Source: an uncultured virus (IMG/VR IMGVR_UViG_2562617076_000004) | Lineage: Duplodnaviria > Heunggongvirae > Uroviricota > Caudoviricetes | Length of the DNA: 64,000 nucleotides | Strand: one strand, 5' to 3' | IMG/VR virus record: IMGVR_UViG_2562617076_000004 | In this document: in pieces, positions 37,951-47,246 of the stretch | Numbering within the stretch: position 1 is the stretch's first letter | How the letters are laid out: every line of letters begins with the position of its first letter | Notes under the pieces: model-generated | Seen by the model: only the letters and a program-made list of their open reading frames with translations | Databases searched by the model: none | Told to the model about the DNA's origin: nothing | Position numbers and translations under genes: made by a program

Positions 37951-38460
37951 ATGTTTGATTATAAGATTTCCAAACATCCACACTTTGACGAAGCCTGCCG
38001 GGTTTTCGCGCTGCGTCACAACATGGCGAAGCTGGCAGAACGCGCGGGAATGAAAGTCCAGACGCTGCGTAACAAGCTGAACCCGGAACAACCGCATCAG
38101 CTCACGCCGTCGGAGATCTGGCTGCTTACCGATCTTACTGAGGACTCTACGCTCGTTGACGGTTTTTTGGCTCAGATTCACTGCCTGCCATGCGTACCGA
38201 TGAACGAAGTGGCAAAAGAGAAGCTGCCACATTATGTCATGAGCGCTACTGCTGAAATCGGACGTATTGCTGCCGGTGCTGTATCGGGTGATGTGAAAAC
38301 TACTGCAGGCCGCCGCGATGTTATCAGTAGCATCAACTCTGTTACTCGCTTAATGGCACTGGCTGCCGTTTCCATACAGGCACGTTTGCAGGCTAACCCG
38401 GCGATGGCAAGCGCGGTGGATACCGTGACGGGCCTCGGCGCTTCATTCGGTCTGATCTGA
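37951..38460 (+). CDS. cII: CII family activator
   Basis: MFDYKISKHPHFDEAC...LRNKLNPEQPH. Confidence 0.92.
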   Translation: MFDYKISKHPHFDEACRVFALRHNMAKLAERAGMKVQTLRNKLNPEQPHQLTPSEIWLLTDLTEDSTLVDGFLAQIHCLPCVPMNEVAKEKLPHYVMSATAEIGRIAAGAVSGDVKTTAGRRDVISSINSVTRLMALAAVSIQARLQANPAMASAVDTVTGLGASFGLI

Positions 38461-38467
38461 GGTGGCT

Positions 38468-38701
38468 ATGCTGACTAGAGAACCATCTTTTGCATCACTT
38501 CTCGTTAAGCAAAGCCCAGCAATGCACTACGGTCACGGCTGGATTTATTTACCTTGCGGAAAAAAGTGGCATCCATGTATTGAACTGTCTCCCCGGCAGC
38601 AGGCTGTCCGGGGAATAGGTAAAAAGAGATTGCTACAACGTCTAAGTTTTAACGTGGCAGGCATCCTGCAAACCAGGCGAAAAGTTTTTCCTGGAAGCTG
38701 A
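38468..38701 (+). CDS. Fil-family protein with atypical C-terminus
   Basis: EPSFASLLVKQSPAMHYGHGWI motif; 3' end overlaps the antisense cassette. Confidence 0.75.
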   Translation: MLTREPSFASLLVKQSPAMHYGHGWIYLPCGKKWHPCIELSPRQQAVRGIGKKRLLQRLSFNVAGILQTRRKVFPGS

Positions 38702-39107
38702 GCTTAGTGTCGTCAGACCGACCACATGCAATAGCTGCTCTTTTGTAGGCTGGATTTAACAAAGAACCGAAAGGTGCGGAATCAGAGTGATGCAGTGTTT
38801 TCAATTTTTGTGCAATCAGTTCCGGGGTCAATTCATCCCCAGCATAAAGCAATTCACCGTACTGACGGCTTTGTACGCTAGCACGCTCGGAAATAATTGC
38901 GGGTTGCCACACAAGTTGAATTGTTGCGATTACAACAACGGGCAAAGCGAATACCCATTCCAGCCCGGTATCGGCTATGACAGCAGTACCGCTAATAATC
39001 TGAATAGCAGTCATCAATTTGTCAGCCCTACCGTGAAGTGTCGCTGTCATAAGCTCAAGGTAATAGCAGTAATGCAACTGGAAATATTCGGAGCTTTGTT
39101 TAGTCAT
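38649..39107 (-). CDS. Two-TM hypothetical protein (SLATT-like topology)
   Basis: 152 aa with two adjacent hydrophobic segments; GGA RBS 9 nt downstream of the peptide stop. Confidence 0.72.
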   Translation of the reverse strand: MTKQSSEYFQLHYCYYLELMTATLHGRADKLMTAIQIISGTAVIADTGLEWVFALPVVVIATIQLVWQPAIISERASVQSRQYGELLYAGDELTPELIAQKLKTLHHSDSAPFGSLLNPAYKRAAIACGRSDDTKLSFQEKLFAWFAGCLPR

Positions 39108-39116
39108 GCCGGATTC

Positions 39117-39197
39117 CTATTTTTTATCTTGCCCCGGTTCTGGCTTAGGTGCAGGGGCAGGACGAGGCAATACATGGAAGTTGTCAGAGTCTGACAT
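39117..39197 (-). CDS. Pro-rich 26-aa peptide
   Basis: MSDSDNFHVLPRPAPAPKPEPGQDKK with strong RBS AAGGAG; extended -10 TGGTAGACT at 39239-39247. Confidence 0.6.
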   Translation of the reverse strand: MSDSDNFHVLPRPAPAPKPEPGQDKK

Positions 39198-39326
39198 CAG
39201 GTTTCTCCTTCGAGGGGTAGGTGATTGTTGGCGCAAATAGTCTACCACTAAGGCACGCGCCGGGCGTGTGAAAAAATTCCCGGCACAACTTCAAATAGGT
39301 ATATGTACGACGAGATAGGAGGGAGA

Positions 39327-39668
39327 ATGGCTATTGATGGCCCGGTGGCGACAGTTCCACTAAGCCCCGGCAAACGCCTGGATGGGTTGAATCATATTGC
39401 TGAATTACGCGCAAAAGTGTTCGGCCTGAATATTGAGTCGGAGCTTGAAAGGTTCATTGAAGATATGCGCGACCAAAGGGATGTTAACAATAAACAAAAT
39501 GAGAGGGCACTGGCAGCCATATTCTATATGGCAAAGATTCCAGCAGAACGTCATAGCGTCAATATTAGTGATCTGACTACTGACGAAAAGCGGGAACTGA
39601 TTAAAGCAATGAATCATTTTCGTGCAGTGGTGAGCTTATTTCCAAAACGGCTAACCATGCCGAATTAA
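39327..39668 (+). CDS. DUF5347-like early protein
   Basis: RLDGLNHIAELR...LIKAMNHFRAV. Confidence 0.75.
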   Translation: MAIDGPVATVPLSPGKRLDGLNHIAELRAKVFGLNIESELERFIEDMRDQRDVNNKQNERALAAIFYMAKIPAERHSVNISDLTTDEKRELIKAMNHFRAVVSLFPKRLTMPN

Positions 39669-39735
39669 CCCACAACAGAAATTAATGGCGTAAACCCGCC
39701 GGGCTTCTTATTGCCCAAATTCAGGAGAAACAACA

Positions 39736-39969
39736 ATGCGAAATATTGAAACCCGTATCACTAAAACCGGACCAGATGATGCTGGCCTTAATCAGCTGCT
39801 GACTGATGCGCGCATGGAAGAACGCCGTGGACGCGCTGATTTGATGGCAGCACGTCTGGACTCTTTGGCTGCCCATATCGTGTCACGTCAGCTTAACCAC
39901 ACGGAAGCGGCTGAGCTGCTGCGTCAAGAAGCGGTGAAGATTCAGAACGAAGCGCAGGAGATCCACTGA
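39736..39969 (+). CDS. DUF2732-like protein
   Basis: ARMEERR...RLDSLA...EAAELLRQE. Confidence 0.78.
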   Translation: MRNIETRITKTGPDDAGLNQLLTDARMEERRGRADLMAARLDSLAAHIVSRQLNHTEAAELLRQEAVKIQNEAQEIH

Positions 39970-40196
39970 TGGCTGATTCAATGGACCTCGTACAGCAGCG
40001 CGTTGAAGAAGAACGCCAGCGCCACATCCATACCGCCCGCAATAAAACGCCTGGCGTTTCCCGTGTTCTCTGCATTGATTGCGATGCACCGATCCCGCCA
40101 GCACGCCGCCGCGCCATTCCGGGCGTGCAGTGCTGCATCACCTGTCAGGAAATCGCAGAGCTGAAAGGCAAACACTACAACGGAGGTGCTGTATGA
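39969..40196 (+). CDS. TraR/DksA C4 zinc-finger protein
   Basis: CIDC..PIP.ARR.AIPGV.CCITCQ. Confidence 0.9.
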   Translation: MADSMDLVQQRVEEERQRHIHTARNKTPGVSRVLCIDCDAPIPPARRRAIPGVQCCITCQEIAELKGKHYNGGAV

Positions 40197-41050
40197 GCAC
40201 CATCCTGAAATGGGCGGGTAATAAAACCGCCATCATGGCAGAACTGAAAAAACACCTCCCAGCAGGCCCGCGACTGGTTGAACCTTTCGCGGGTTCATGC
40301 GCTGTGATGATAGAGACAGACTATCCTCATTATCTTGTCGCGGATATTAATCCAGACCTGATTAATCTCTATCAGGTGATTAAGAATGATGTTGAATACT
40401 TCATCAAAGAGGGCAGATATCTTTTTGAAGCCCGTAATGATCCAGAGGCATATTATAAGACGAGACAGGAGTTTAACTTGCGCCATGGTGGCGCAATTGA
40501 ACGGGCATTGTATTTCTTATATTTAAATCGCCATGGTTATCGCGGACTGTGTCGCTATAACTTGGACGGTTATTTTAATGTTCCTTACGGTAATTATAAA
40601 AAGCCGTACTTCCCTGAAAACGAAATACGTGCATTTGCAGAAAAAGCAAAACGCGCAACGTTTATCTGCGCCAGCTATGACGAGACACTGGCACTGCTGC
40701 AAACGGGTGATGTTGTCTATTGCGATCCACCATATGACGGCACGTTTAACGGATATCACACAGCTGGTTTTACAGAGAATGATCAGTTCCATCTGGCGTC
40801 TATTCTTGAACGCCGGTCATCAGAAGGTCATCCGGTTATCGTGTCCAACAGCGATACGTCTCTGACCCGTTCGCTTTATCGTGATTTTACTCGCCATCGT
40901 ATAACCGCTAAGCGCAGCATGGGCGTGGCTGCCGGTGATAGTAAAACTGCAGTAGAAATCATCGCCACAAAATCAGCATGCTGGTTTGGTGTTGATTTGG
41001 CGTCTGGTCCTGATATCTCGGTGGAAACTGAGGTGCGGGCGTGGCAGTGA
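40193..41050 (+). CDS. dam: Dam-family DNA adenine methyltransferase
   Basis: LKWAGNK, EPFAGS and YCDPPY motifs. Confidence 0.95.
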   Translation: MSTILKWAGNKTAIMAELKKHLPAGPRLVEPFAGSCAVMIETDYPHYLVADINPDLINLYQVIKNDVEYFIKEGRYLFEARNDPEAYYKTRQEFNLRHGGAIERALYFLYLNRHGYRGLCRYNLDGYFNVPYGNYKKPYFPENEIRAFAEKAKRATFICASYDETLALLQTGDVVYCDPPYDGTFNGYHTAGFTENDQFHLASILERRSSEGHPVIVSNSDTSLTRSLYRDFTRHRITAKRSMGVAAGDSKTAVEIIATKSACWFGVDLASGPDISVETEVRAWQ

Positions 41051-43452
41051 GTAAATTCACATTACATAATGCACCAACCACCGGCGGTTCGAATGAGGCC
41101 GCCGTGGTCTTTCCATGGAATACCCCAAAAAAAGCGGTTAACCCGTATCTGGACCCGGCGGAAGTTGCGCCGGAGTCTGCGTTTTCAAACCTGATCGCTC
41201 TTTACGCTGCGGATAACGAGCAGGAGCAGTTGCGCCGTGAGACGCTGAGCGATGAGGTCTGGGAACGCTATTTCTTCAATGAATCCCGTGATCCTGTCCA
41301 GCGTGAAATAGAGCAGGATCGGCTGATTAGCCATGCCAAAACGGCGCGTGAGCAGCAGCGTTTTAATCCCGATCTGGTCATTATTGCCGACGTGGGCGCC
41401 CAACCGGCGCATATCAGCAAGCCGCTACTTGAACGGATTAAATATTTCCATAGCCTGGGCAGAGCAAAAGCTTATTCCCGCTACCTGCGCGAAACAATCA
41501 GGCCGTGTCTTGAGCGGCTGGAGCGCGTGCGTGACAGCCAGGTGTCTGCGTCTTTCCGGTTCATGGCGAGCCACGACGGGCTGGAGGGGCTGCTGGTACT
41601 CCCTGAAATGAATCAGGATCAGGTCAAACGCCTATCCACGCTGGTTGCGGCACATATGAGCATGTGTCTTGATGCGGCCTGCGGTGATCTGTTTGTCAGT
41701 GACGATGTTAAACCAGAAGAAATCCGCCAGGCATGGGAAAGGGTTGCTGCAGAAGCCATGCGCCTTGAGGTCATTCCGCCAGCCTTTGAGCAGTTGCGCC
41801 GCAAAAAGCGCCGCCGTAAGCCGGTGCCTTATGAACTGATCCCACCGTCGCTGGCCCGTATGCTGTGCGCGGACTGGTGGTGTCGCAAATTGTGGCAGAT
41901 GCGCTGCGAGTGGCGGGAGGAGCAGTTGCGCGCCGTCTGCCTGGTCAACAAGAAAGCCTCACCGTATGTCAGCTACGAAGCCGTGATCCACAAACGCGAG
42001 CAGCGCCGCAAATCGCTGGAGTTCTTCCGCTCGCATGAGCTGATCAACGAAGACGGCGACACGCTGGACATGGAAGACGTGGTGAACGCCAGCAACAGCA
42101 ACCCGGCGCACCGCCGTAATGAAATGATGGCCTGTGTTAAGGGGCTGGAGCTGATCGCGGAAATGCGTGGAGACTGCGCGGTGTTTTATACCATCACCTG
42201 CCCGTCACGCTTCCACGCAACTCTCAACAACGGCAGGCCTAATCCGAAGTGGACCAGTGCCACGGTCCGGCAGAGCAGTGACTATCTGGTTGATACATTC
42301 GCCGCTTTCCGCAAGGCCATGCACAAGACCGGGCTGCGCTGGTACGGCGTCCGCGTTGCAGAGCCGCACCATGACGGCACCGTGCACTGGCATCTTCTGT
42401 GCTTTATGCGCAAAAAAGACCGTCGTTCCATCACCGCGCTGCTGCGTAAGTTTGCCATCCGTGAAGACCGCGAGGAGCTGGGCACCAATACCGGGCCGCG
42501 CTTCAAGTCCGAGCTAATCAACCCGCGCAAGGGCACGCCGACAAGCTACATCGCCAAATACATCAGTAAGAACATCGACGGGCGCGGGCTGGCTAAAGAA
42601 ATCAGCAAAGAAACCGGCAGACCACTGCGTGACAGCGCCGAGCATGTCAGCGCCTGGGCGTCGCTGCACCGTGTCCAGCAATTTCGTTTCTTTGGTATTC
42701 CGGGGCGTCAGGCATACCGCGAGCTGCGCTTGCTGGCAGGTCAGGCGGCGAGAGTACAAGGCGAACGCAAAGCGGGTGCGCCGGTACTGGATAATCCGCG
42801 TCTGGATGCGGTACTGGCAGCTGCGGATGCAGGTTGCTTTGCCACCTACATCATGAAACAGGGCGGTGTACTGGTTCCCCGCAAACATCACCTTGTCCGC
42901 ACAGCTTATGAGCTTAACGACGAACCGAGCGCCTACGGCGATCACGGTATCCGTATCTATGGCATCTGGTCCCCGATTGCAGAGGGCAAGATTTGCACGC
43001 ACGCGATGAAGTGGAAAAAGGTTCGTAAGGCCGTTGACGTTCAGGAGGCGGCAGCCGACCAGGGCGCTTGCGCCCCTTGGACTCGTGGCAATAACTGTCC
43101 CCCTGTTGAAAATCTGAACAAATCAGGGGGTGGTTTACCCGATATTAAAACCATGGATGAGAAGGCGCTGCAGGAATATCTCCACAACATGGGCCAGAAG
43201 GAGCGGCGGGAGCTGACAGCCAGGTTGAGACTGGTAAAACCGAAGCGGAAAAAAGCATACATACAGAGTATTTCGGAGCAGCAGCGCCTGCAGCTTGAGG
43301 CAGAACTGACTGCCAGAGGGTTTGAAGGTAGTGCATCGGAGATTGATTTGCTTCTACGTGGCGGCAGCATTCCATCCGGGGCTGGGTTACGTTTTTTTTA
43401 CCGTAACCAGCGGTTGCAGGAAGATGATAGATGGCGGCAATGGTACGGCTGA
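41041..43452 (+). CDS. gpA-type replication initiator
   Basis: [11 protein letters not shown] and [13 protein letters not shown] motifs. Confidence 0.96.
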   Translation: MAVSKFTLHNAPTTGGSNEAAVVFPWNTPKKAVNPYLDPAEVAPESAFSNLIALYAADNEQEQLRRETLSDEVWERYFFNESRDPVQREIEQDRLISHAKTAREQQRFNPDLVIIADVGAQPAHISKPLLERIKYFHSLGRAKAYSRYLRETIRPCLERLERVRDSQVSASFRFMASHDGLEGLLVLPEMNQDQVKRLSTLVAAHMSMCLDAACGDLFVSDDVKPEEIRQAWERVAAEAMRLEVIPPAFEQLRRKKRRRKPVPYELIPPSLARMLCADWWCRKLWQMRCEWREEQLRAVCLVNKKASPYVSYEAVIHKREQRRKSLEFFRSHELINEDGDTLDMEDVVNASNSNPAHRRNEMMACVKGLELIAEMRGDCAVFYTITCPSRFHATLNNGRPNPKWTSATVRQSSDYLVDTFAAFRKAMHKTGLRWYGVRVAEPHHDGTVHWHLLCFMRKKDRRSITALLRKFAIREDREELGTNTGPRFKSELINPRKGTPTSYIAKYISKNIDGRGLAKEISKETGRPLRDSAEHVSAWASLHRVQQFRFFGIPGRQAYRELRLLAGQAARVQGERKAGAPVLDNPRLDAVLAAADAGCFATYIMKQGGVLVPRKHHLVRTAYELNDEPSAYGDHGIRIYGIWSPIAEGKICTHAMKWKKVRKAVDVQEAAADQGACAPWTRGNNCPPVENLNKSGGGLPDIKTMDEKALQEYLHNMGQKERRELTARLRLVKPKRKKAYIQSISEQQRLQLEAELTARGFEGSASEIDLLLRGGSIPSGAGLRFFYRNQRLQEDDRWRQWYG

Positions 43453-43544
43453 CGCGGGTTAATAATTTATGCTGTTATTGATCGGTGTCAGGGCTATCTA
43501 ATTGACAGATAAAAAGAGTTTTACATTTCTAGCTTCCTAATATA

Positions 43545-43560
43545 CTGTAATTATAAACAG
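43545..43560. promoter_or_regulatory. LexA (SOS) box
   Basis: CTGTAATTATAAACAG; degenerate second box at 43560-43575. Confidence 0.87.
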
Positions 43561-43607
43561 TGGTTATGTATACAGCATTGTGTTCCGTAGCAGTGAAAGG
43601 AGGGAAG

Positions 43608-43796
43608 ATGCAGGACTATCTTTTGGAGTCGTTGAAGCTCCAGCGCATTGATTTTTTTATCAAGCTTGTGGCGGCTAGTGAGTGCAGCGACGAAGAGAAG
43701 CGGCTGGCTATCCAGTGGGTATCCGAACTGACAGACGAACTGATGGCAAAAATTCGCAGCCATGAATACAGCAGGTCTATGGATGTAACCAGTTAA
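43608..43796 (+). CDS. tum: Tum antirepressor (TumA-like)
   Basis: MQDYLLESLKLQRIDFFIKL after a LexA box and AGGAGG. Confidence 0.8.
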   Translation: MQDYLLESLKLQRIDFFIKLVAASECSDEEKRLAIQWVSELTDELMAKIRSHEYSRSMDVTS

Positions 43797-43807
43797 AGGG
43801 AATCTGT

Positions 43808-44041
43808 ATGCGCATTGAAATAATGATCGATAAAGAGCAGAAGATTAGCCAGTCCACACTGGACGCCCTTGAAACCGAGCTTTACCGTAATTTGCGCCCT
43901 CTGTACCCAAAAACAGCAATTCGTATCCGCAAGGGCAGCGCCAACGGCGTCGAGCTGAGTGGACTAAAACAGGATGAAGATAAAAAGCGAGTGATGGAGA
44001 TTATGCAGCAGGTTTGGGAGGATGACAGCTGGTTACATTAG
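43808..44041 (+). CDS. DinI-family protein
   Basis: MRIEIMIDK...MQQVWEDDSW. Confidence 0.9.
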   Translation: MRIEIMIDKEQKISQSTLDALETELYRNLRPLYPKTAIRIRKGSANGVELSGLKQDEDKKRVMEIMQQVWEDDSWLH

Positions 44042-44327
44042 AGAATGTTGTGGACGATAAAACTGGTTTTTACCGTCCGCAAGATTGAACAACGAGCTAC
44101 GTGAGGCGTTAAAAATTGTCTTTGTTAGTGCCTACTTCTTATAAGAGGCACTATATATGCTAAATGCAACGCGTTAAGGCAGAAAGATCTTGCGCGATTA
44201 GGGGCAATGAACTTAAGTTAAGTAACGCAACCAACAGTCAAAACGGTTGTCTTAGTTATAAGGAGTTTGCTGTTGTAGTGGCTGGTGACGAAGTGTACAC
44301 TTCCGCGCCATGTATAAAGGAGGGGTT

Positions 44328-44546
44328 ATGTCAAGTATCGCCGCATTGAGGCTGGGTAATCCAGTTGAACGTTTGGCACGGGTTCTAAAAGAGAACCAGG
44401 ACAAGCTCAATCTGAGTAAAGATGGTTTTGTGTCCGTAAATTTGTCCAATGAAGAAGCTATGAAAGCCATCAGAGATCAGATGGATAAGCTTGAAGGCAT
44501 CAAAACGAGCACTGTTAAAACAAAACATTATTATAGAACTCGATAA
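44328..44546 (+). CDS. Hypothetical 72-aa protein (hotspot cargo gene 1)
   Basis: AAGGAGG RBS; TAATG overlap with the next gene. Confidence 0.72.
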   Translation: MSSIAALRLGNPVERLARVLKENQDKLNLSKDGFVSVNLSNEEAMKAIRDQMDKLEGIKTSTVKTKHYYRTR

Positions 44547-45388
44547 TGGCAACATTACTTTTAGCAGTGATTTTGGTTAGCGGTTTTTTATATGTAAACC
44601 TATCACTTTCAACAAGATATAGATATAAGCGTTCCAATGGCTGGGACGCTTATTTTTTTGTGGCAGCATGGGGAATCGTGTTTTTCCTTGCTGGCGGCTT
44701 CCTTACCTTCGCTCTTAACATCAGCGGTGGGTTTCGCTGGCTCTCCAATGTGCTGAACCTGACTCCCGACAGCTTTAACGGAATGTTATCCTCCACAACC
44801 GATAAAACCCAACGTATTAATGAAATTAAGCAGATTGCATGGGTTGTGATTTCAATAGTACTGGCGGCTCTGTTTGGTTGGTTAAATAAACTGCGTACTT
44901 CAAAAGGAGATCGCCGTTGGGATGCACTGGCAAAGGCTGTGGGCAACAATGCTTTTGAGTCACTACTCATGGAGGCCTCGGCGCGCCAGTTCCCTATTAT
45001 CGCGACACTTTCATCACGCAAAATCTATGTAGGTCTGGTAACTTGCCCTGCGCTGGAAAATGGGTTGTCGGAACATCTTGAAATACTTCCCCTGCTTAGC
45101 GGCTACCGTAATAAAGATGATCTCACGATAAGTATCACGACTAACTACCATCAGCACTATCTTGAAAGCGGCGTCATTGGTGGAATGTCGCGCTTGAATA
45201 TTCAGGATTTTCGTGTGCTGATCCCAAAAGATGAAGTTGAAACTATCTCATTCTTTGATACTGAAGCGTACAATAAATTTAAAGAAGATGAAGCGCGAGA
45301 CAGAAAAGACTGCCGTAAGCTGGGTGGCAAAAAGCCATCAACCCGCAGGCGAAGGACTGTTGATGATGCGGAACAGAGTAGTGCATGA
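44546..45388 (+). CDS. Hypothetical 3-TM membrane protein with soluble C-terminal domain (hotspot cargo gene 2)
   Basis: 280 aa; RKIYVG and PLLSGYR motifs in the soluble domain. Confidence 0.85.
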   Translation: MATLLLAVILVSGFLYVNLSLSTRYRYKRSNGWDAYFFVAAWGIVFFLAGGFLTFALNISGGFRWLSNVLNLTPDSFNGMLSSTTDKTQRINEIKQIAWVVISIVLAALFGWLNKLRTSKGDRRWDALAKAVGNNAFESLLMEASARQFPIIATLSSRKIYVGLVTCPALENGLSEHLEILPLLSGYRNKDDLTISITTNYHQHYLESGVIGGMSRLNIQDFRVLIPKDEVETISFFDTEAYNKFKEDEARDRKDCRKLGGKKPSTRRRRTVDDAEQSSA

Positions 45389-45435
45389 CTATGCCGCATG
45401 AAATTGCATGATCGTTTGAGGATCGTTTTTACTGA

Positions 45436-45460
45436 GGCCCGCCAGAACTGGCGGGCTTTT
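45436..45460 (+). terminator. cos-adjacent hairpin/terminator
   Basis: GCCCGCCAG-AA-CTGGCGGGC-TTTT. Confidence 0.65.
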
Positions 45461-45505
45461 GCTTATGTCATGCAGGTGCATGAAAACCACTACATAAAGC
45501 GGGCA

Positions 45506-45524
45506 GGCGTGGCGGGGATACGAG
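45506..45524 (+). other. cos site (19-nt cohesive end, P2/186-like)
   Basis: GGCGTGGCGGGGATACGAG, close to 186 cos GGCGTGGCGGGGAAAGCAT; preceded by GCATGA repeats. Confidence 0.85.
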
Positions 45525-45613
45525 CGCGCGCTCGTGGGATATGTTGTGTTTTTCAAAAGAGTTTGAGATAGAATTTGACAGAGTTGTCTGACGTTGAATG
45601 AGGAAAGGATAGG

Positions 45614-46159
45614 ATGGATGCAGTTACTGGAGTAGCAGAATTTTTCAGGAAGATTCCCACGGCTTTTCTCGTGGCTATTACGAGTGTTTTAAGTTTGATA
45701 CTTTTTTTACCTGAAACGTTGGCTTCAAAAGTGGCGGTTGATGGTTTTCGTCAAGAATATAGAATTTATATAGGTCCGGCATTTTTACTAGCTGTTTCTT
45801 ATTTAATTGCAAGAGTTTATCAGTTTTTTGATGATGTACATGGTGAAAGGAAGATTAAGAAAGCACGTATTGCTTATCTGGAAAAACTTACTCCAGAGGA
45901 AAAAGGTTATCTCTGGTCTTACATTATCGAAGGTAACAATTCAATTATGTGCGGCCCTGATGATGGCATAATGGGAGGGCTTGAAGCTAAATGTATTGCC
46001 TATAGAGCAGCCAGTGTTGGCGATATGTTAAATGGATTTGCCTATAATTTGCAGCCATGGGCACGTGAACATTTGGAGAAGAATCCCCATTTACTAAATG
46101 GAGCAGAAGGAAGACCTATGACACCAAGGGAGAAGCTTGGGTTTGGACGAGGTTTTTAA
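45614..46159 (+). CDS. SieB-family superinfection exclusion protein
   Basis: Two TM helices with LILFLP and Y..YIG, then LEKLTPEEKGYL...G. Confidence 0.75.
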   Translation: MDAVTGVAEFFRKIPTAFLVAITSVLSLILFLPETLASKVAVDGFRQEYRIYIGPAFLLAVSYLIARVYQFFDDVHGERKIKKARIAYLEKLTPEEKGYLWSYIIEGNNSIMCGPDDGIMGGLEAKCIAYRAASVGDMLNGFAYNLQPWAREHLEKNPHLLNGAEGRPMTPREKLGFGRGF

Positions 46160-46202
46160 CCAGTCATCCCCATATAGCGCACGACTGGTTAGCCACAAAT
46201 AT

Positions 46203-47246
46203 TTATTCTGAATTCAGATGATAGGCTTCAAAGGTTATGACTTTTTCGCCTATCCACTCGTTTAGTTCTTCTAGTCGCTTTTGCAGCGGGATTAGCTCAT
46301 TTCTTACAAAGACGTGGCTGGCCTTCTCCACATCCCCAAATCCACCAACATTATTAGGCATGATCCCCATCATCTGCGGCGGAACGCGGTGTGCTGCCAT
46401 CATGTCATCGCGGCTCACGTTCTTGATGTTCAAAAACTCATCCTTAGCTGCAACCTCCGAAAGTGGAATGATTTGGATGCCGTCCTTTTTACCGTTGGGC
46501 GAGTACATAAACAGGTTGCGGAAGTTGCCCGGCCCTTTGGCGCTTTTCATGGCCTGGCGGATGTTGTTCACGTCCTCCTGGTTCTGCGCGGCGTCAGTCA
46601 TGTACATGATGAAGCCTGCGTGGCTACCGTTAATGTAGTACTTCCGGCGGAACAGTGTTGCGGACTCATTCAGCAGGGCGGAAGGGATAGCTGACAGATA
46701 TTCCGGCAGACCGTAAATCTCCTGGTTTAAATCCGGCTCCATCAGGTGAAAGATGCTGCCTTTGGTGAACTCGTAGGGCTGCGTGGTTAGGCCGTATTGC
46801 ACAAACCAGTAGGTGTCTAAATCGATCCCGCGGCGGGTGTATTTCGCCAGTGATGGCTCCAGCGACAGAATGCCGCCGAGTCGGTTGGTGCGCTTCTCCA
46901 GATAGGCATTACCGAATACCAGATAGTCCTGCACAAACCGGCTGAACGCCTGCTGGCTAAGAAGTGGATGCGGGATAAAGGTGCTAGTCAGAATGTTGCG
47001 TTTTACCGCAATGGGAGAGCTGTGATGCACTGCGGCACGGTAGGTTCGCGCCAGCCCGTCAAAGCTTACTGGCGGCTCATACCAGCGGTCCATCTGCACG
47101 CATTCCACATAGTCCAGCAGCTCGCGGCGGTCCAGCACCGGGATTGGATCACCAAAGCTGAAAGCCTCGGCAGTTACGTCTGCGTTTTTAGGCGCCATAT
47201 CTTCTGTTGGCGTTGTGCTGGTTAAGGCTTCGAGCTCACTCATCAA
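46203..47246 (-). CDS. Portal protein Q
   Basis: FSFGDP, YGLPEY and AHRVPPQMMG motifs. Confidence 0.96.
   Translation of the reverse strand: MMSELEALTSTTPTEDMAPKNADVTAEAFSFGDPIPVLDRRELLDYVECVQMDRWYEPPVSFDGLARTYRAAVHHSSPIAVKRNILTSTFIPHPLLSQQAFSRFVQDYLVFGNAYLEKRTNRLGGILSLEPSLAKYTRRGIDLDTYWFVQYGLTTQPYEFTKGSIFHLMEPDLNQEIYGLPEYLSAIPSALLNESATLFRRKYYINGSHAGFIMYMTDAAQNQEDVNNIRQAMKSAKGPGNFRNLFMYSPNGKKDGIQIIPLSEVAAKDEFLNIKNVSRDDMMAAHRVPPQMMGIMPNNVGGFGDVEKASHVFVRNELIPLQKRLEELNEWIGEKVITFEAYHLNSE

Noticed and set aside
38787..39194. 135-aa plus-strand ORF
   Set aside because: Antisense shadow of the peptide + 2-TM cassette, which has the RBS and promoter signals
44164..44349. 61-aa ORF as a third gene of the hotspot operon
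   Set aside because: No clear RBS and it overlaps the better-supported 44328 start out of frame; cannot be supported
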